Shown here piece by piece: positions 38,052 through 48,420 of a stretch of DNA of 64,000 nt (position 1 is its first letter; every line of letters begins with the position of its first letter). Made by a program: the position numbers and the translations under genes. Below the pieces are notes generated by a model, which saw only the letters and a program-made list of their open reading frames with translations, was not told the origin of the DNA and searched no databases. Origin of the DNA: an uncultured Acidimicrobiia bacterium (lineage in GTDB: Bacteria; Actinomycetota; Acidimicrobiia; IMCC26256; CAWATG01); assembly GCA_963785035.1 (NCBI GenBank), contig CAWATG010000001.1, forward strand, positions 133,879 through 197,878, given 5' to 3'.

Positions 38052-38855
38052 CTACCCCAACAGCGCTTCGACGACCTCGGCGAAGCCTTCACCGAATCCC
38101 AGCGTGGTGATCTCGGCGTTCGGCGCCGAAGCGACCTCGCCGGCGAGGTCCGGGTCCTTCTCCACGGCGTTGCGCACCACGAAGCAGCGAGCGACTTCGC
38201 TGTGACAGGCCAGGTCGGTCGGGGAGTCGCCGATCATGGCGCACTCGGCGGGGTCGATCCCGCGGTGCATCTGATCGGCAGCGATCGCGCTGGCCTTGCT
38301 GATCCCGCGTGGGGAAAGGTGAAAGATGCGGACCCGCTCGACATGCGGAAGCGTCGGGATCTTGCGGGGGATCACGCCGTTGTCGTGGATCTCGGCCCAC
38401 CCGAAGCCGTTGTCGTCGAGCCAGGAGCGGGCGGCGGTGTTGTCGACTTCGCCGCGCAGGAGCAGCGAGATTTCACGTCCTTCGTTCCATGGCTCGTGTG
38501 CCTCGAGACCGTCGAAGGCATCAACCAAACCCGCAAGCGCAGTGCTGAGCGCGGGAGCAGGAAGCCCTGGGCCCGGGAACGTGCCGGGGTCGAGGATTTG
38601 GGTGTCGCCTGCGTCGTAGACCCGCAGGCCTCCCAGTTCGCAGAACCAGGTTCGGAGTCCGAGCAGCCGCCCGACCTCGAACAAGCGCACCCGAGAACGT
38701 CCGCTGAGCGGAACGATCTCGAGGCCGGCTCGTGCAGCGTGGATGATCGCGGTTGCCGCTGCCAGCGTGGGTTGGCGATCACCCGTGTGAAAGAGGTTGC
38801 CGAAGGGTCCGACGAGCGTGTTGTCGATGTCGGTGTAGAGGACGCGGATCGTCAT
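38052..38855 (-). CDS. HAD-IIB family phosphatase (possible glucosyl-3-phosphoglycerate phosphatase)
   Basis: 267-aa ORF with HAD motif I DIDNTL near the N-terminus. It lies directly downstream of gpgS. The specific substrate is inferred from context only. Confidence 0.65.
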   Translation of the reverse strand: MTIRVLYTDIDNTLVGPFGNLFHTGDRQPTLAAATAIIHAARAGLEIVPLSGRSRVRLFEVGRLLGLRTWFCELGGLRVYDAGDTQILDPGTFPGPGLPAPALSTALAGLVDAFDGLEAHEPWNEGREISLLLRGEVDNTAARSWLDDNGFGWAEIHDNGVIPRKIPTLPHVERVRIFHLSPRGISKASAIAADQMHRGIDPAECAMIGDSPTDLACHSEVARCFVVRNAVEKDPDLAGEVASAPNAEITTLGFGEGFAEVVEALLG

Positions 38856-38898
38856 GGTCGCCGGCCCGTTGGGGAGCGCAGCGAAGGGACCGCTTGGA

Positions 38899-39861
38899 TC
38901 ATGCGGAGAGTTCGCGCGTGAGCTTCGCCCGGTACTGCGCGATCTCGTTCATCGGCGGTCGTTCGCGCAGCTCGACGGCAATGCTCTCGATCGTCGATCC
39001 GTCGCAGCGAAGGAGTTCTTCGGTGGCGGCGTCGCGATGGTCAAGCCCGGAGCGCCGCAGGGCTGTCACCAGAATCGCCATTGCCTGCGGTGAGAGTTCG
39101 GCAAGTGGGCGATTCCGGTGATGCCGTACTCCGAGATCGACCTGGGCGATCGAATTCAAGCCAAAGGTGCGCGAAATGTCGATGAGGAGTCCCAACTCGA
39201 CACCCCAACCTTCGACGAACGGGACTGCTTCAAGGACGCTGCGGCGACCTGCGTATTCGCCGCCAAGTGGCTGCACGATCCGGCTCAGCTCGGGATACAG
39301 ATGCGAGATCAATGGGCGTGCGACGAGTTCGGTGACACGGCCACCACCGGTGGGGTTCCCATTGAACGGCCTGCTGTAGCAGGCCTTGACGAATCCGATC
39401 GACGGTTCTGTCAGGAGCGGCCCGATGAGGCCCGTCACGAAGTGTGCTCCGAAGGCGCGGAGGTCCGCGTCGAGCCAGCAGATCAGCTCGCCGTCGCACG
39501 CGAAGAGCGACTTCCACAGGACGTTGCCCTTGCCGGATCCCGGTCCGACTTCCGGAAGGACCGTCGCCACGGACACGACTCGCGCGCCGGCCCGAGCGGC
39601 AACGGCAGCGGTGTCATCGGTAGAGCCGTCGTCGAGGACGACGATCTCGTCGACGAGTCCGATGTGCTCGACAAGCTCTCGGCGGATCGTTTCCACGATC
39701 GGGCCGACGGTCTGTGCCTCGTTTCGCGCTGGGAGGCACACCGACACCGACGAACCCTGCTCGAACTTCGCAGCCGCAAGGCTGGCCGCGACGAAGTCGG
39801 TGTGACGCCGAGGCGCCGGAAAGAAGGGCATTGGGACACTGTAGGCGGTTCTCGTTTCCAT
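38899..39861 (-). CDS. gpgS: glucosyl-3-phosphoglycerate synthase (GT81)
   Basis: This is the C-terminal ~320 codons of ORF 38899..41598. The blocks SVCLPARNE, VLDDGSTDDT, GKGNVLW, LDADL, GGRVTELVARPL, GGEYAGRR and HRNRPL parallel M. tuberculosis GpgS. The rest of the long ORF is antisense to the thrC-like gene. The start is unresolved among ATG 39861, 39831 and 39882. Confidence 0.85.
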   Translation of the reverse strand: METRTAYSVPMPFFPAPRRHTDFVAASLAAAKFEQGSSVSVCLPARNEAQTVGPIVETIRRELVEHIGLVDEIVVLDDGSTDDTAAVAARAGARVVSVATVLPEVGPGSGKGNVLWKSLFACDGELICWLDADLRAFGAHFVTGLIGPLLTEPSIGFVKACYSRPFNGNPTGGGRVTELVARPLISHLYPELSRIVQPLGGEYAGRRSVLEAVPFVEGWGVELGLLIDISRTFGLNSIAQVDLGVRHHRNRPLAELSPQAMAILVTALRRSGLDHRDAATEELLRCDGSTIESIAVELRERPPMNEIAQYRAKLTRELSA

Positions 39862-39901
39862 CCCGACGTCGGGACGTGGCATACTGATCGGGCAATACGC
39901 G

Positions 39902-40017
39902 CTCATCGAGAGCGGCCGAGGGACGGGCCCGAAGACGCCGCGGCAACCAGCTACCGCATGAAATTCCACGAGATGGAATTCCACGAGGTAGCAAGGTGCC
40001 AATGCCCGAACGATGAG
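39902..40017 (+). promoter_or_regulatory. SAM-I-clan riboswitch aptamer (SAM-I or SAM-I/IV variant)
   Basis: The sequence is CTCATCGAGAGCGGCCGAGGGACGGGCCCGAAGACGCCGCGGCAACC-(P3 hairpin)-AAGGTGCCAATGCC-CGAAC-GATGAG. It matches the conserved P1, the kink-turn P2 (GAGGGA..GGCCC), and the GCAACC and GGTGCCAA cores. Internal P4 is minimal, and hairpins follow at 40026-40041 and 40068-40088 before the RBS GAGGAG. Confidence 0.8.
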
Positions 40018-40113
40018 TAGCCCGAGAGCGGTCTTCCGCTCGAGGCGCTCGAGAGCGCGTCGAGACTGAATGGCGGTCGACGCCATTCGAGGAGCACGAG
40101 GAGACCGACGGGT

Positions 40114-41355
40114 ATGGCATATGTCGAGGGGTTGCGGTGCCGCGAATGCAGCCGGGAGTATCCGGTAGCGCCGATCTACACCTGTGAGTGGTGCTTCGGC
40201 CCGCTGGAAGTCGTCTACGACTACGACATCATCAAGAAGACCATCAGCCGTGACAAGATCGCCGCCGGGCCGCTTTCGATCTGGCGATACGCAGACCTGC
40301 TGCCGGTTGATCCGGGTAGTGCCGCCGATCTCGGCGCCGGGTTCACACCACTCGTTCGTGCCGATCGCCTCGCCGCCGAACTCGGTCTCGGTGAAGTGTG
40401 GATCAAGAACGACACGATGAACCCCACCAACTCGTTCAAGGACCGTGTCACAGCGGTTGCGTTGTCGAAGGCGATCGACTTCGGCTTCAAGACGGCGGCG
40501 TGTGCGAGCACCGGCAACCTGGCCAACTCCGTTGCTGCCCACGCGGCACGGGCTGGGATGCGAAGTTTTGTGTTCGTCCCGGCTGATCTCGAGGCGGGCA
40601 AGATCGTCACGACCTCTGTCTACGGCGGCAACGTCGTGGCGATCGACGGCAATTACGACGATGTCAACCGGCTTTGTGCCGAGCTCGCGGGCTCGTATCC
40701 GTGGGCGTTCGTCAACGTCAATGTGCGGCCCTTCTACGCCGAAGGTTCCAAGACGCTCGCGTTCGAGACTGCCGAGCAACTCGGGTGGGAAACGCCTGAC
40801 CATGTTGTGGTGCCGATCGCGAGTGGGTCGCTGCTGACGAAGATCCGCAAGGGTTTCCATGAGCTTTTCGAGGTTGGATTGCTCGACGAGGACCCGGTGA
40901 TCAAGGTTTCGGGAGCGCAGGCGACGGGGTGTTCGCCCGTCGCTCGTGCCTGGCTCGATGGTTCTGACACGATCAAGCCGGTCAAGCCGTCGACGATCGC
41001 AAAATCGCTCGCGATCGGTAATCCCGCTGATGGCTATTTCGCGCTCGACGCCGTCCGCCAGACGGGCGGCGGACTTGCCGCGGTCGACGACGACGAGATT
41101 GTCGAAGGCATTCGCCTGCTCGCCCGCACCGAAGGGATCTTCGCCGAGACCGCCGGCGGAGTGACGATCGCGACCCTCAAACGGCTCGCCGAACAGGGCA
41201 TCGTGCGGCCCGATGAACGCGTCGTCGCCTACATCACCGGCCATGGTCTCAAGACACTCGACGCGGTTGCGCCAACGGCCGGTCCAACTGCCACCATTGC
41301 GCCCACGCTCGACGCGTTTCATGCGGCGTTCGACCCCGCCACCCTCCAGGAGTAG
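40114..41355 (+). CDS. threonine-synthase-fold PLP enzyme with N-terminal zinc ribbon (ThrC or MetM-like homocysteine synthase)
   Basis: 413-aa ORF with the ribbon CRECSREY...CEWCFGPLEV and the PLP-lysine block NPTNSFKDR. It is preceded by a SAM riboswitch and followed by a sulfur-carrier gene. Confidence 0.8.
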   Translation: MAYVEGLRCRECSREYPVAPIYTCEWCFGPLEVVYDYDIIKKTISRDKIAAGPLSIWRYADLLPVDPGSAADLGAGFTPLVRADRLAAELGLGEVWIKNDTMNPTNSFKDRVTAVALSKAIDFGFKTAACASTGNLANSVAAHAARAGMRSFVFVPADLEAGKIVTTSVYGGNVVAIDGNYDDVNRLCAELAGSYPWAFVNVNVRPFYAEGSKTLAFETAEQLGWETPDHVVVPIASGSLLTKIRKGFHELFEVGLLDEDPVIKVSGAQATGCSPVARAWLDGSDTIKPVKPSTIAKSLAIGNPADGYFALDAVRQTGGGLAAVDDDEIVEGIRLLARTEGIFAETAGGVTIATLKRLAEQGIVRPDERVVAYITGHGLKTLDAVAPTAGPTATIAPTLDAFHAAFDPATLQE

Positions 41356-41358
41356 TAC

Positions 41359-41637
41359 ATGACCGCCACGGTTCGGATCCCGACGCAGCTGCGCTCCCTC
41401 ACTGGCGGCGCAGGCGAGGTGCAGGTCGAGGGCGCAACAGTCGCAGAGGTGCTGACTGCGCTCGATGGGCAGTTTCCCGGGTTTGGGGAGCGCGTCATGG
41501 ATGAGACAGGTGCGTTGCGACGGTTTGTGAACGTGTTCGTCGCCGACGAGGACATCCGCTTCTTGCAGGGTCTCGACACGGGCATCGCGCCAGGTCAAAC
41601 GGTCAGCATCATCCCGGCCGTCGCCGGTGGAATGTGA
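41359..41637 (+). CDS. ThiS/MoaD/CysO-family beta-grasp sulfur-carrier protein
   Basis: 92-aa ORF: ..IPTQLRSLTGGAGEVQVEG.TVAEVL...RRFVNVFVADEDIRF...GQTVSIIPAVAGG-M. It closely parallels M. tuberculosis CysO as I recall it. The diglycine is followed by one extra Met. Confidence 0.8.
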   Translation: MTATVRIPTQLRSLTGGAGEVQVEGATVAEVLTALDGQFPGFGERVMDETGALRRFVNVFVADEDIRFLQGLDTGIAPGQTVSIIPAVAGGM

Positions 41638-41643
41638 GCTCGC

Positions 41644-42294
41644 TCAGGCGGGTTTGACCCATACCATCAGGGCCAGGGCGGTTGGGATGAGGTGTTCGCC
41701 CGCAGTGCCGCGGATGCGCACGCCGCCACGGTCGGCGTGAAGCATCTCGACCGGTGAGCCGGGAATCAGCTGTGCCCCGACCAGGAGACGCAAGGCGTTG
41801 TCGTCGAGTTCGAGCTTCTCGCTCACTCGGGTGACGACGATCCGCCCAGGCGCCGACGCCGAAAGGGTCACGACATCGGTGTCATCCTCGAGGTGCTTGG
41901 AACCCGGGATCGGGTTGCCATGGGGGCACGTCGCCGGATCGCCTAACAGGATCACCAGCTTCTCTTCCACGTCAGCGGAAATTGCATGTTCCCAACGGTC
42001 CGCCTCTCGGTGGACTTTTTCCCACTCGAGGCCGATCACATCCGTCAGGAGCCGCTCAGCCAATCGGTGGCGGCGGACCATCGTGGTGGCAATCGCTCGG
42101 CCTTTGGGGGTCAGGCGGAGGCTCCGGTCGTCGAGGAGTTCGGTGTATCCCTGTTCGACGAGTCGATTGACGGTTTCCGATACCGATGGCGCCGAAATTC
42201 CGAGGCGTTCGACGAGACGGGCCCGGATCGGAGTGACCCCTTCCTCCTCGATTTCGAGAATCGTCTCGAGGTACTCCTCCGTCGCGTCATGCAT
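41644..42294 (-). CDS. DtxR/IdeR/MntR-family metal-dependent transcriptional regulator
   Basis: ORF 41644..42588, with the start moved to ATG 42294 (MHDATEEYLETILEIEEEG...). It has HTH LGISAPSVSETVNRL, metal-site residues and a C-terminal SH3-like/FeoA domain. Confidence 0.85.
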   Translation of the reverse strand: MHDATEEYLETILEIEEEGVTPIRARLVERLGISAPSVSETVNRLVEQGYTELLDDRSLRLTPKGRAIATTMVRRHRLAERLLTDVIGLEWEKVHREADRWEHAISADVEEKLVILLGDPATCPHGNPIPGSKHLEDDTDVVTLSASAPGRIVVTRVSEKLELDDNALRLLVGAQLIPGSPVEMLHADRGGVRIRGTAGEHLIPTALALMVWVKPA

Positions 42295-42422
42295 GTCTGC
42301 CACGCCCTGAACATAGTCTGCAGGCGGTTCGTTTCGGGCGAGTTCTCGGGCGAACGGAGCAACGGGACGCTCGACATGAGTGGCGCGGCTTGCAGTCGGG
42401 ACGTGAGAGTGCCAACATGGCG

Positions 42423-42449
42423 TTAGCACTCCGGCCTCCCGAGTGCTAA
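42423..42449. promoter_or_regulatory. CIRCE (HrcA operator), perfect consensus
   Basis: TTAGCACTC-CGGCCTCCC-GAGTGCTAA, located 97 nt upstream of the groEL start. Confidence 0.92.
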
Positions 42450-42467
42450 TGATCGACTTGCTAGTAG

Positions 42468-44189
<1,722 letters not shown>

Positions 44190-44222
44190 GCCACCTCTGC
44201 AACACCGAGAACATGAAAGCTC

Positions 44223-44249
44223 AAGGGCCGTCCTTCGGGGCGGCCCTTT
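44223..44249 (+). terminator. stem-loop terminator after groEL
   Basis: AAGGGCCGTCC-TTCG-GGGCGGCCCTT forms an 11-bp stem (one G-U pair) with a UUCG tetraloop, followed only by a short T run. It lies 34 nt after the groEL stop. Confidence 0.7.
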
Positions 44250-44272
44250 CGCGTCGCTGTAGCCTGGCTGTC

Positions 44273-45055
44273 ATGGAACCTGTGAATCCGTCAGTGGGCT
44301 GGGGAGTGCTGCACCTGTTCTTCGTGGTCGACGCGTTGCGTGCTGAAGAGGAGCCTGGAGGGGCGAAGATCGTGCTCGACGCTGTTGCGGCGCTCGAAGC
44401 CGACGGGCACCACGCGCTGGTCTTCAGCGTGCTGGGCCACAAGGCCGATCTCGGCGTGATGGCCCTCGGTCCTGACCTCAATCGTCTCCACACGTTCCAG
44501 AGGACCTTGCTCGAAGCGCCGCTCAATCTGGTCGACTCGTACGTCTCGTTGACCGAACTTTCGGAATACACCGCGACCGAGGCCGACGAACGCGCTCGAC
44601 TCATCGATGAAGACGGAATCACCGAAGCAGCAACCCTCGACGAACGCCTCGATGTATGGCGTACGCGAATTGCGCACTATCAAGAACAGCGTTTGCACCC
44701 GAAGCTTCCGCTCAAGCGGATGATCTGCTTCTACCCGATGTCGAAGCGCCGCGAGACCGATTCCAACTGGTACACGCTCGGTTTCGACGAGCGAAAGCGC
44801 ATCATGGCTGGTCATGCTCGCATTGGCCGCACATATGCGGGTCGAATCCTCCAACTCATCTCGGGGTCCACAGGCCTTGACGACTGGGAATGGGGCGTAA
44901 CGCTGCTGGCCGATGACCCGGTCGCCATCAAGGAAATCGTCTACGAGATGCGATTCGACGAGGCGTCGGCTCGGTACGCAGAGTTCGGGCCGTTCGTGAC
45001 AGGCTTGCTTGCAGAACCGTCGGTTGCCCTGGCCAGCGTCGGGCTCACCGGCTGA
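44273..45055 (+). CDS. hemQ: coproheme decarboxylase HemQ/ChdC (chlorite-dismutase-like)
   Basis: ORF 44213..45055, with the start moved to ATG 44273, downstream of the groEL terminator. The protein reads WGVLHLFF..., ICFYPMSKRR, IMAGHARIGRTYAGRILQLISGSTGLDDWEWGVTLLADD and MRFDEASARYAEFGPF. Confidence 0.85.
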   Translation: MEPVNPSVGWGVLHLFFVVDALRAEEEPGGAKIVLDAVAALEADGHHALVFSVLGHKADLGVMALGPDLNRLHTFQRTLLEAPLNLVDSYVSLTELSEYTATEADERARLIDEDGITEAATLDERLDVWRTRIAHYQEQRLHPKLPLKRMICFYPMSKRRETDSNWYTLGFDERKRIMAGHARIGRTYAGRILQLISGSTGLDDWEWGVTLLADDPVAIKEIVYEMRFDEASARYAEFGPFVTGLLAEPSVALASVGLTG

Positions 45056-45130
45056 CGATCGCGGCGCGCGGCAGCCCCGAAAGATCGCGGCGAGGGGTAG
45101 CGCCGAAAGATCGCGCGGTAGCCTCGGGGG

Positions 45131-45373
45131 ATGTCGCCCGTTCGCTTATTCGTCTCGTTTCCTGAAGCCCTCGTCGGTCGTCCACTCATCTACGAATTGG
45201 TCAAGCAGCACGACGTCGTGCCCAACATCCGACGTGCCAACGTGGAAGCCCACTCCGGATGGATCATTCTCGAGCTCGGCGGTGAGGACGCGAAGGTCGA
45301 AGCAGCGATTGAGTTCCTCGCGGGACTCGGCTGCACGGTCAATCCGATGCAGGGTGACGTGCTCGAAAGTTGA
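45131..45373 (+). CDS. stand-alone NIL-domain protein
   Basis: 80-aa ORF: ..FPEALVGRPLIYELVKQHDVVPNIRRANVE..GWIILELGGEDAKVEAAIEFL. This resembles the MetN C-terminal NIL ferredoxin-like fold. Confidence 0.65.
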   Translation: MSPVRLFVSFPEALVGRPLIYELVKQHDVVPNIRRANVEAHSGWIILELGGEDAKVEAAIEFLAGLGCTVNPMQGDVLES

Positions 45374-45881
45374 GCACGCGGGCGATGCCGGATGAGACAA
45401 GCGCGCGGGCGCTCCTCGACGACGCAAGCGCCGCGATCGTCGAAGGTGTTGAACGCTGTCTCGCCTTATGGGTCGAACAGTCGGTGACGACGATGCTGGA
45501 GTTGTGGGGCCAGGCGTCTGCTGACGCCTCCAAACGAGCGAAGCGATCGGCGACCGAGGTCGGGCCCGATTGTCGCTGAGCGGGTTGCTGGGGAACTGCG
45601 GGCGCTCTTTGGCGCCGATCCTGCCCACCAGCATGTGACTCCTCTGCAGATCGTCCGCGGTGCGTACAGGGAACCGACCGAAATCCTCCGGGCGGCAGGC
45701 GTGGCTGCCATCGTGCGTGACGAGTTTGCCGAACGCCAATGGCCCGAGGACATCTACGGGCTTGTCCCTGCGAATCTCGGTGATCTCGGTGACCCGGAGC
45801 TGGCGCCCTCTGCATCTCGCATGGGGTGTTGCCAAAGCCAGGGTGATGCGCGCGCGGGTGCTGCCGCCGCAGGGCGCGTAG
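45370..45881 (+). pseudogene. hypothetical protein, reading frame broken twice
   Basis: Three successive +1 frames join as ...AKRSATEVGP | IVAERVAGELRALFGADPAHQHVTPLQIVRGAYREPTEILRAAGVAAIVRDEFAERQWPEDIYGLVPANLGDLGDPELAP | LHLAWGVAKARVMRARVLPPQGA. The extra bases lie near 45566 and 45806. The start (TTG 45370) overlaps the NIL gene stop. Confidence 0.5.
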
Positions 45882-45893
45882 GCTGCTTCGGCG

Positions 45894-46610
45894 ATGGACG
45901 AGCCCATGGAGCCACAATCTCACGATCCACACGCGATCACTGCGTCCGACCTTCTACGGTGGGCGGAGACGCTCTCCGGTGTCGCACGAACGGGCCTCGG
46001 ATTCACGCAGAGCCTCTATGAACGTGAGCGCTTCGAAGAGGTCCTCAAGGTCGCGGCCGATATTCGTGCCGCCGCTATCGAGGAAGCCGAAGCAGATGTC
46101 TTGCTCGAGGAGTGGCTCTCCACGGTCGGCGAGGGCGTCGCGGGATATGTGACGCCAAAGGTCGCGGTCGCCGCGATCGTCGGTAATGACAAGGGCGAGA
46201 TTCTGCTCACCCAACGAGCTGATTACGGGTTTTGGCTCTATCCGGTCGGCTGGGCGGACCCTGGCTACTCGCCGGCGGAGATCGCCGTGAAGGAAGTGTT
46301 CGAAGAGACCGGTATCGAGGTGGAGGTCGAGTCTCTCGTTGCCGTCTTCGACGGGCTGCGGCTCGGCTTCGCCCGGCTCCCGATGTATTCCCTGGCCTTT
46401 CACTGCAACGTGATCGGTGGAGAGCTCAAAGGGCATCCGCTCGAGACGCGCCAAGTCGGTTTCTACGCGCGTAATGCGTTGCCGTCGCCGTTGGCGGGAG
46501 GGCACCGTTGGGTCGATACGGCGTTCGCCGCGATCAACGGTGAGAAGCGGCCGTGCGACTTCGACCCGCCGAGAACGCCGCCATGGCGTGGCGATCACCT
46601 CGCTTCTTGA
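45894..46610 (+). CDS. NUDIX hydrolase with N-terminal Nudix_N-type domain
   Basis: 238-aa ORF with the Nudix box GWADPGYSPAEIAVKEVFEETGIEV. Confidence 0.85.
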   Translation: MDEPMEPQSHDPHAITASDLLRWAETLSGVARTGLGFTQSLYERERFEEVLKVAADIRAAAIEEAEADVLLEEWLSTVGEGVAGYVTPKVAVAAIVGNDKGEILLTQRADYGFWLYPVGWADPGYSPAEIAVKEVFEETGIEVEVESLVAVFDGLRLGFARLPMYSLAFHCNVIGGELKGHPLETRQVGFYARNALPSPLAGGHRWVDTAFAAINGEKRPCDFDPPRTPPWRGDHLAS

Positions 46611-47108
46611 GCAGGCGCGCACACGTTGCCGGGACCACGATGCTCGCCGCAGTATTGAGCTTGTCTGCAACGGGATGCGTCGAGAGTGGAAAGTCGAAAT
46701 CGCTGACCAGCGCGGAGTTCGTGAGTGCCGCCAACGCGATCTGTCGAGAAGGCACACGTCGTGTCACTTCCCTTACCGGCAGCGATAAGCAATCCGACGA
46801 ACTCCACCAGCTCGAGGCGTTCGCGTCTCGCGTACTCGCCGAGCAGCGCCGGACGATGCGATCTCTCAAGGGTCTCGCGGCGCCGCCCGAGCGCCGCGCG
46901 GCCTTCAAGAGCTGGTTGGTGCTTTTGGAGCGCGCATTTCGAGGCAGGTGATCGACTGATCGCGGCAACGACCGCAGCGGACGAAACGGCCGTCGCGTCG
47001 GCCGTGACCAAGGCCGACGCCGCGACAATCGTCGCCAACAGCGCGGCCACCAAGTTGGGCCTCAACGAGTGTGTTACGGCTGGGGACACAGCGACGTCGG
47101 CGCCGTAG
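46583..47108 (+). pseudogene. putative secreted/lipoprotein of unknown function, reading frame broken once
   Basis: The N-terminus is MAWRSPRFLSRRAHVAGTTMLAAVLSLSATGC-VESG (signal peptide and lipobox-like Cys). The join is ...SWLVLLER | HFEAGDRLIAATTAADETAVASAV...TSAP. The extra base lies near 46933. Confidence 0.5.
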
Positions 47109-47155
47109 CAGGTCCGGCAGAATTCGTCTGGAGTCCGACGCGGTACACTGCGGGG

Positions 47156-48375
47156 GTGACCCATGCACATGGGCCGGGCGACCCTGTTGTGGCGCCCAGG
47201 CCGCCCAAGCAGGAGCAAGAACCGGCCTCCGAGATCGTGACGGAGGTGGCGCCCAACGTCATCAGGATGCAGCTCCCGGTCTTCATGCCTGGTCTCGGCC
47301 ACGTGAACATGTACGGCCTCATCGACAAGTCGCGGCCTTGCCGTGGTCGACCCCGGCCTGCCGGGACCATCGTCATGGAGAGCACTGAAACGCCGATTGC
47401 GTACTGCTGGATTTCAAGTGAGCGACATTCACTCGGTGATTGTCACGCACTCACATCCGGATCATTTCGGTGCTGCTGGACGTGTCGCGAAGGAGGCCGA
47501 TGCCGAACTCATCACACATGCGGCGTTCACGACCTGGCTGACCCAAGGCACCGACCAGAACGTGAGTGAACGCGAAGCGATCGAAGTCGAGCGTCTTGCT
47601 GCGCAGGCGGTGCACCTGCTCGACGTCGGGCCGCCGGAGGAACTCCACACGGTGCTGGGAAGCAACTCGGTGGGTGACGAAGCGGAGCGTCTGGCGGACC
47701 CCTTGCGCGCCGACGAGGACGATCGAGCGCGCACCATGGCTTCGGTACCGTGGGGTCGGACGTACCCCATGGGGCGGTGCGCCGCATCCGTCGCCGCCGC
47801 TCAAGCGACGTATCGCCGAACGTGTGATGCGGGTTCTGTTCAAGGCACCGATCCCGACCAAGAGGGTGCGTCACGGCGATCGGATGGAATTGGCCGGTCG
47901 TGAATGGATCGCGATCCACACGCCCGGTCACACGCTCGATCATCTCTGCCTCTATGACCCCGAAGACGGCGTGTTGCTCTCTGGGGACCACGTCTTGCCG
48001 ACGATCACGCCGCACGTCTCGGGCGTGAGTAATGGCGCCGACGCACTGAAGTCGTACCTCGCGACGCTCGATCTCGTCGGTCGACTCGATGGCGTACGCC
48101 TTGGCCTGCCCGCCCACGGCCACCCGTTCGATGACGTGCCGGGGCGTGTCGAGGCAATCAAGGAACATCATGAGGAGCGGATGGAGCAACTCCGTACGGT
48201 TGCGCATGCCTTGGGTCCCGCAACGGTGGAGGCACTCTCACACGAGTTGTTCCCGAAAAAGCACTGGGGAGTGATGGCCGAGAGCGAGACGTTCGCGCAC
48301 CTGGAGCATCTGGTGCTTGCGGGGAACGCCGAGCGCTCGGAATCGAACGGCAAGCTCGTCTACCGTCTCGCCTGA
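47156..48375 (+). pseudogene. MBL-fold metallo-hydrolase, reading frame broken twice
   Basis: Three successive +1 frames carry ..LGHVNMYGLID | ..LAVVDPGLPG...VIVTHSHPDHFG... | ...WIAIHTPGHTLDHLCLY...SGDHVLP...AHGHPF... The extra bases lie near 47327 and 47762. The GTG 47156 start is tentative. Confidence 0.78.
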
Positions 48376-48420
48376 GCGCGGACGCGGCCCGCGAGTGGGT
48401 AACGCTCGATAAGGTCGCGT

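Noticed and set aside
39958-39990. Apparent direct repeat GAAATTCCACGAG / GGAATTCCACGAG, which looks like a duplicated DNA operator.
   Set aside because: It falls inside the riboswitch aptamer, where AATTCCA...TGGAATT forms the distal part of the P3 stem. RNA structure explains it better than a protein-binding repeat does.
39862-41598. Upper two-thirds of the 899-aa reverse ORF 38899..41598.
   Set aside because: Only the last ~320 codons match GpgS. The remainder is antisense to the SAM riboswitch, the thrC-like gene and the MoaD-like gene, and it reads as low-complexity sequence.
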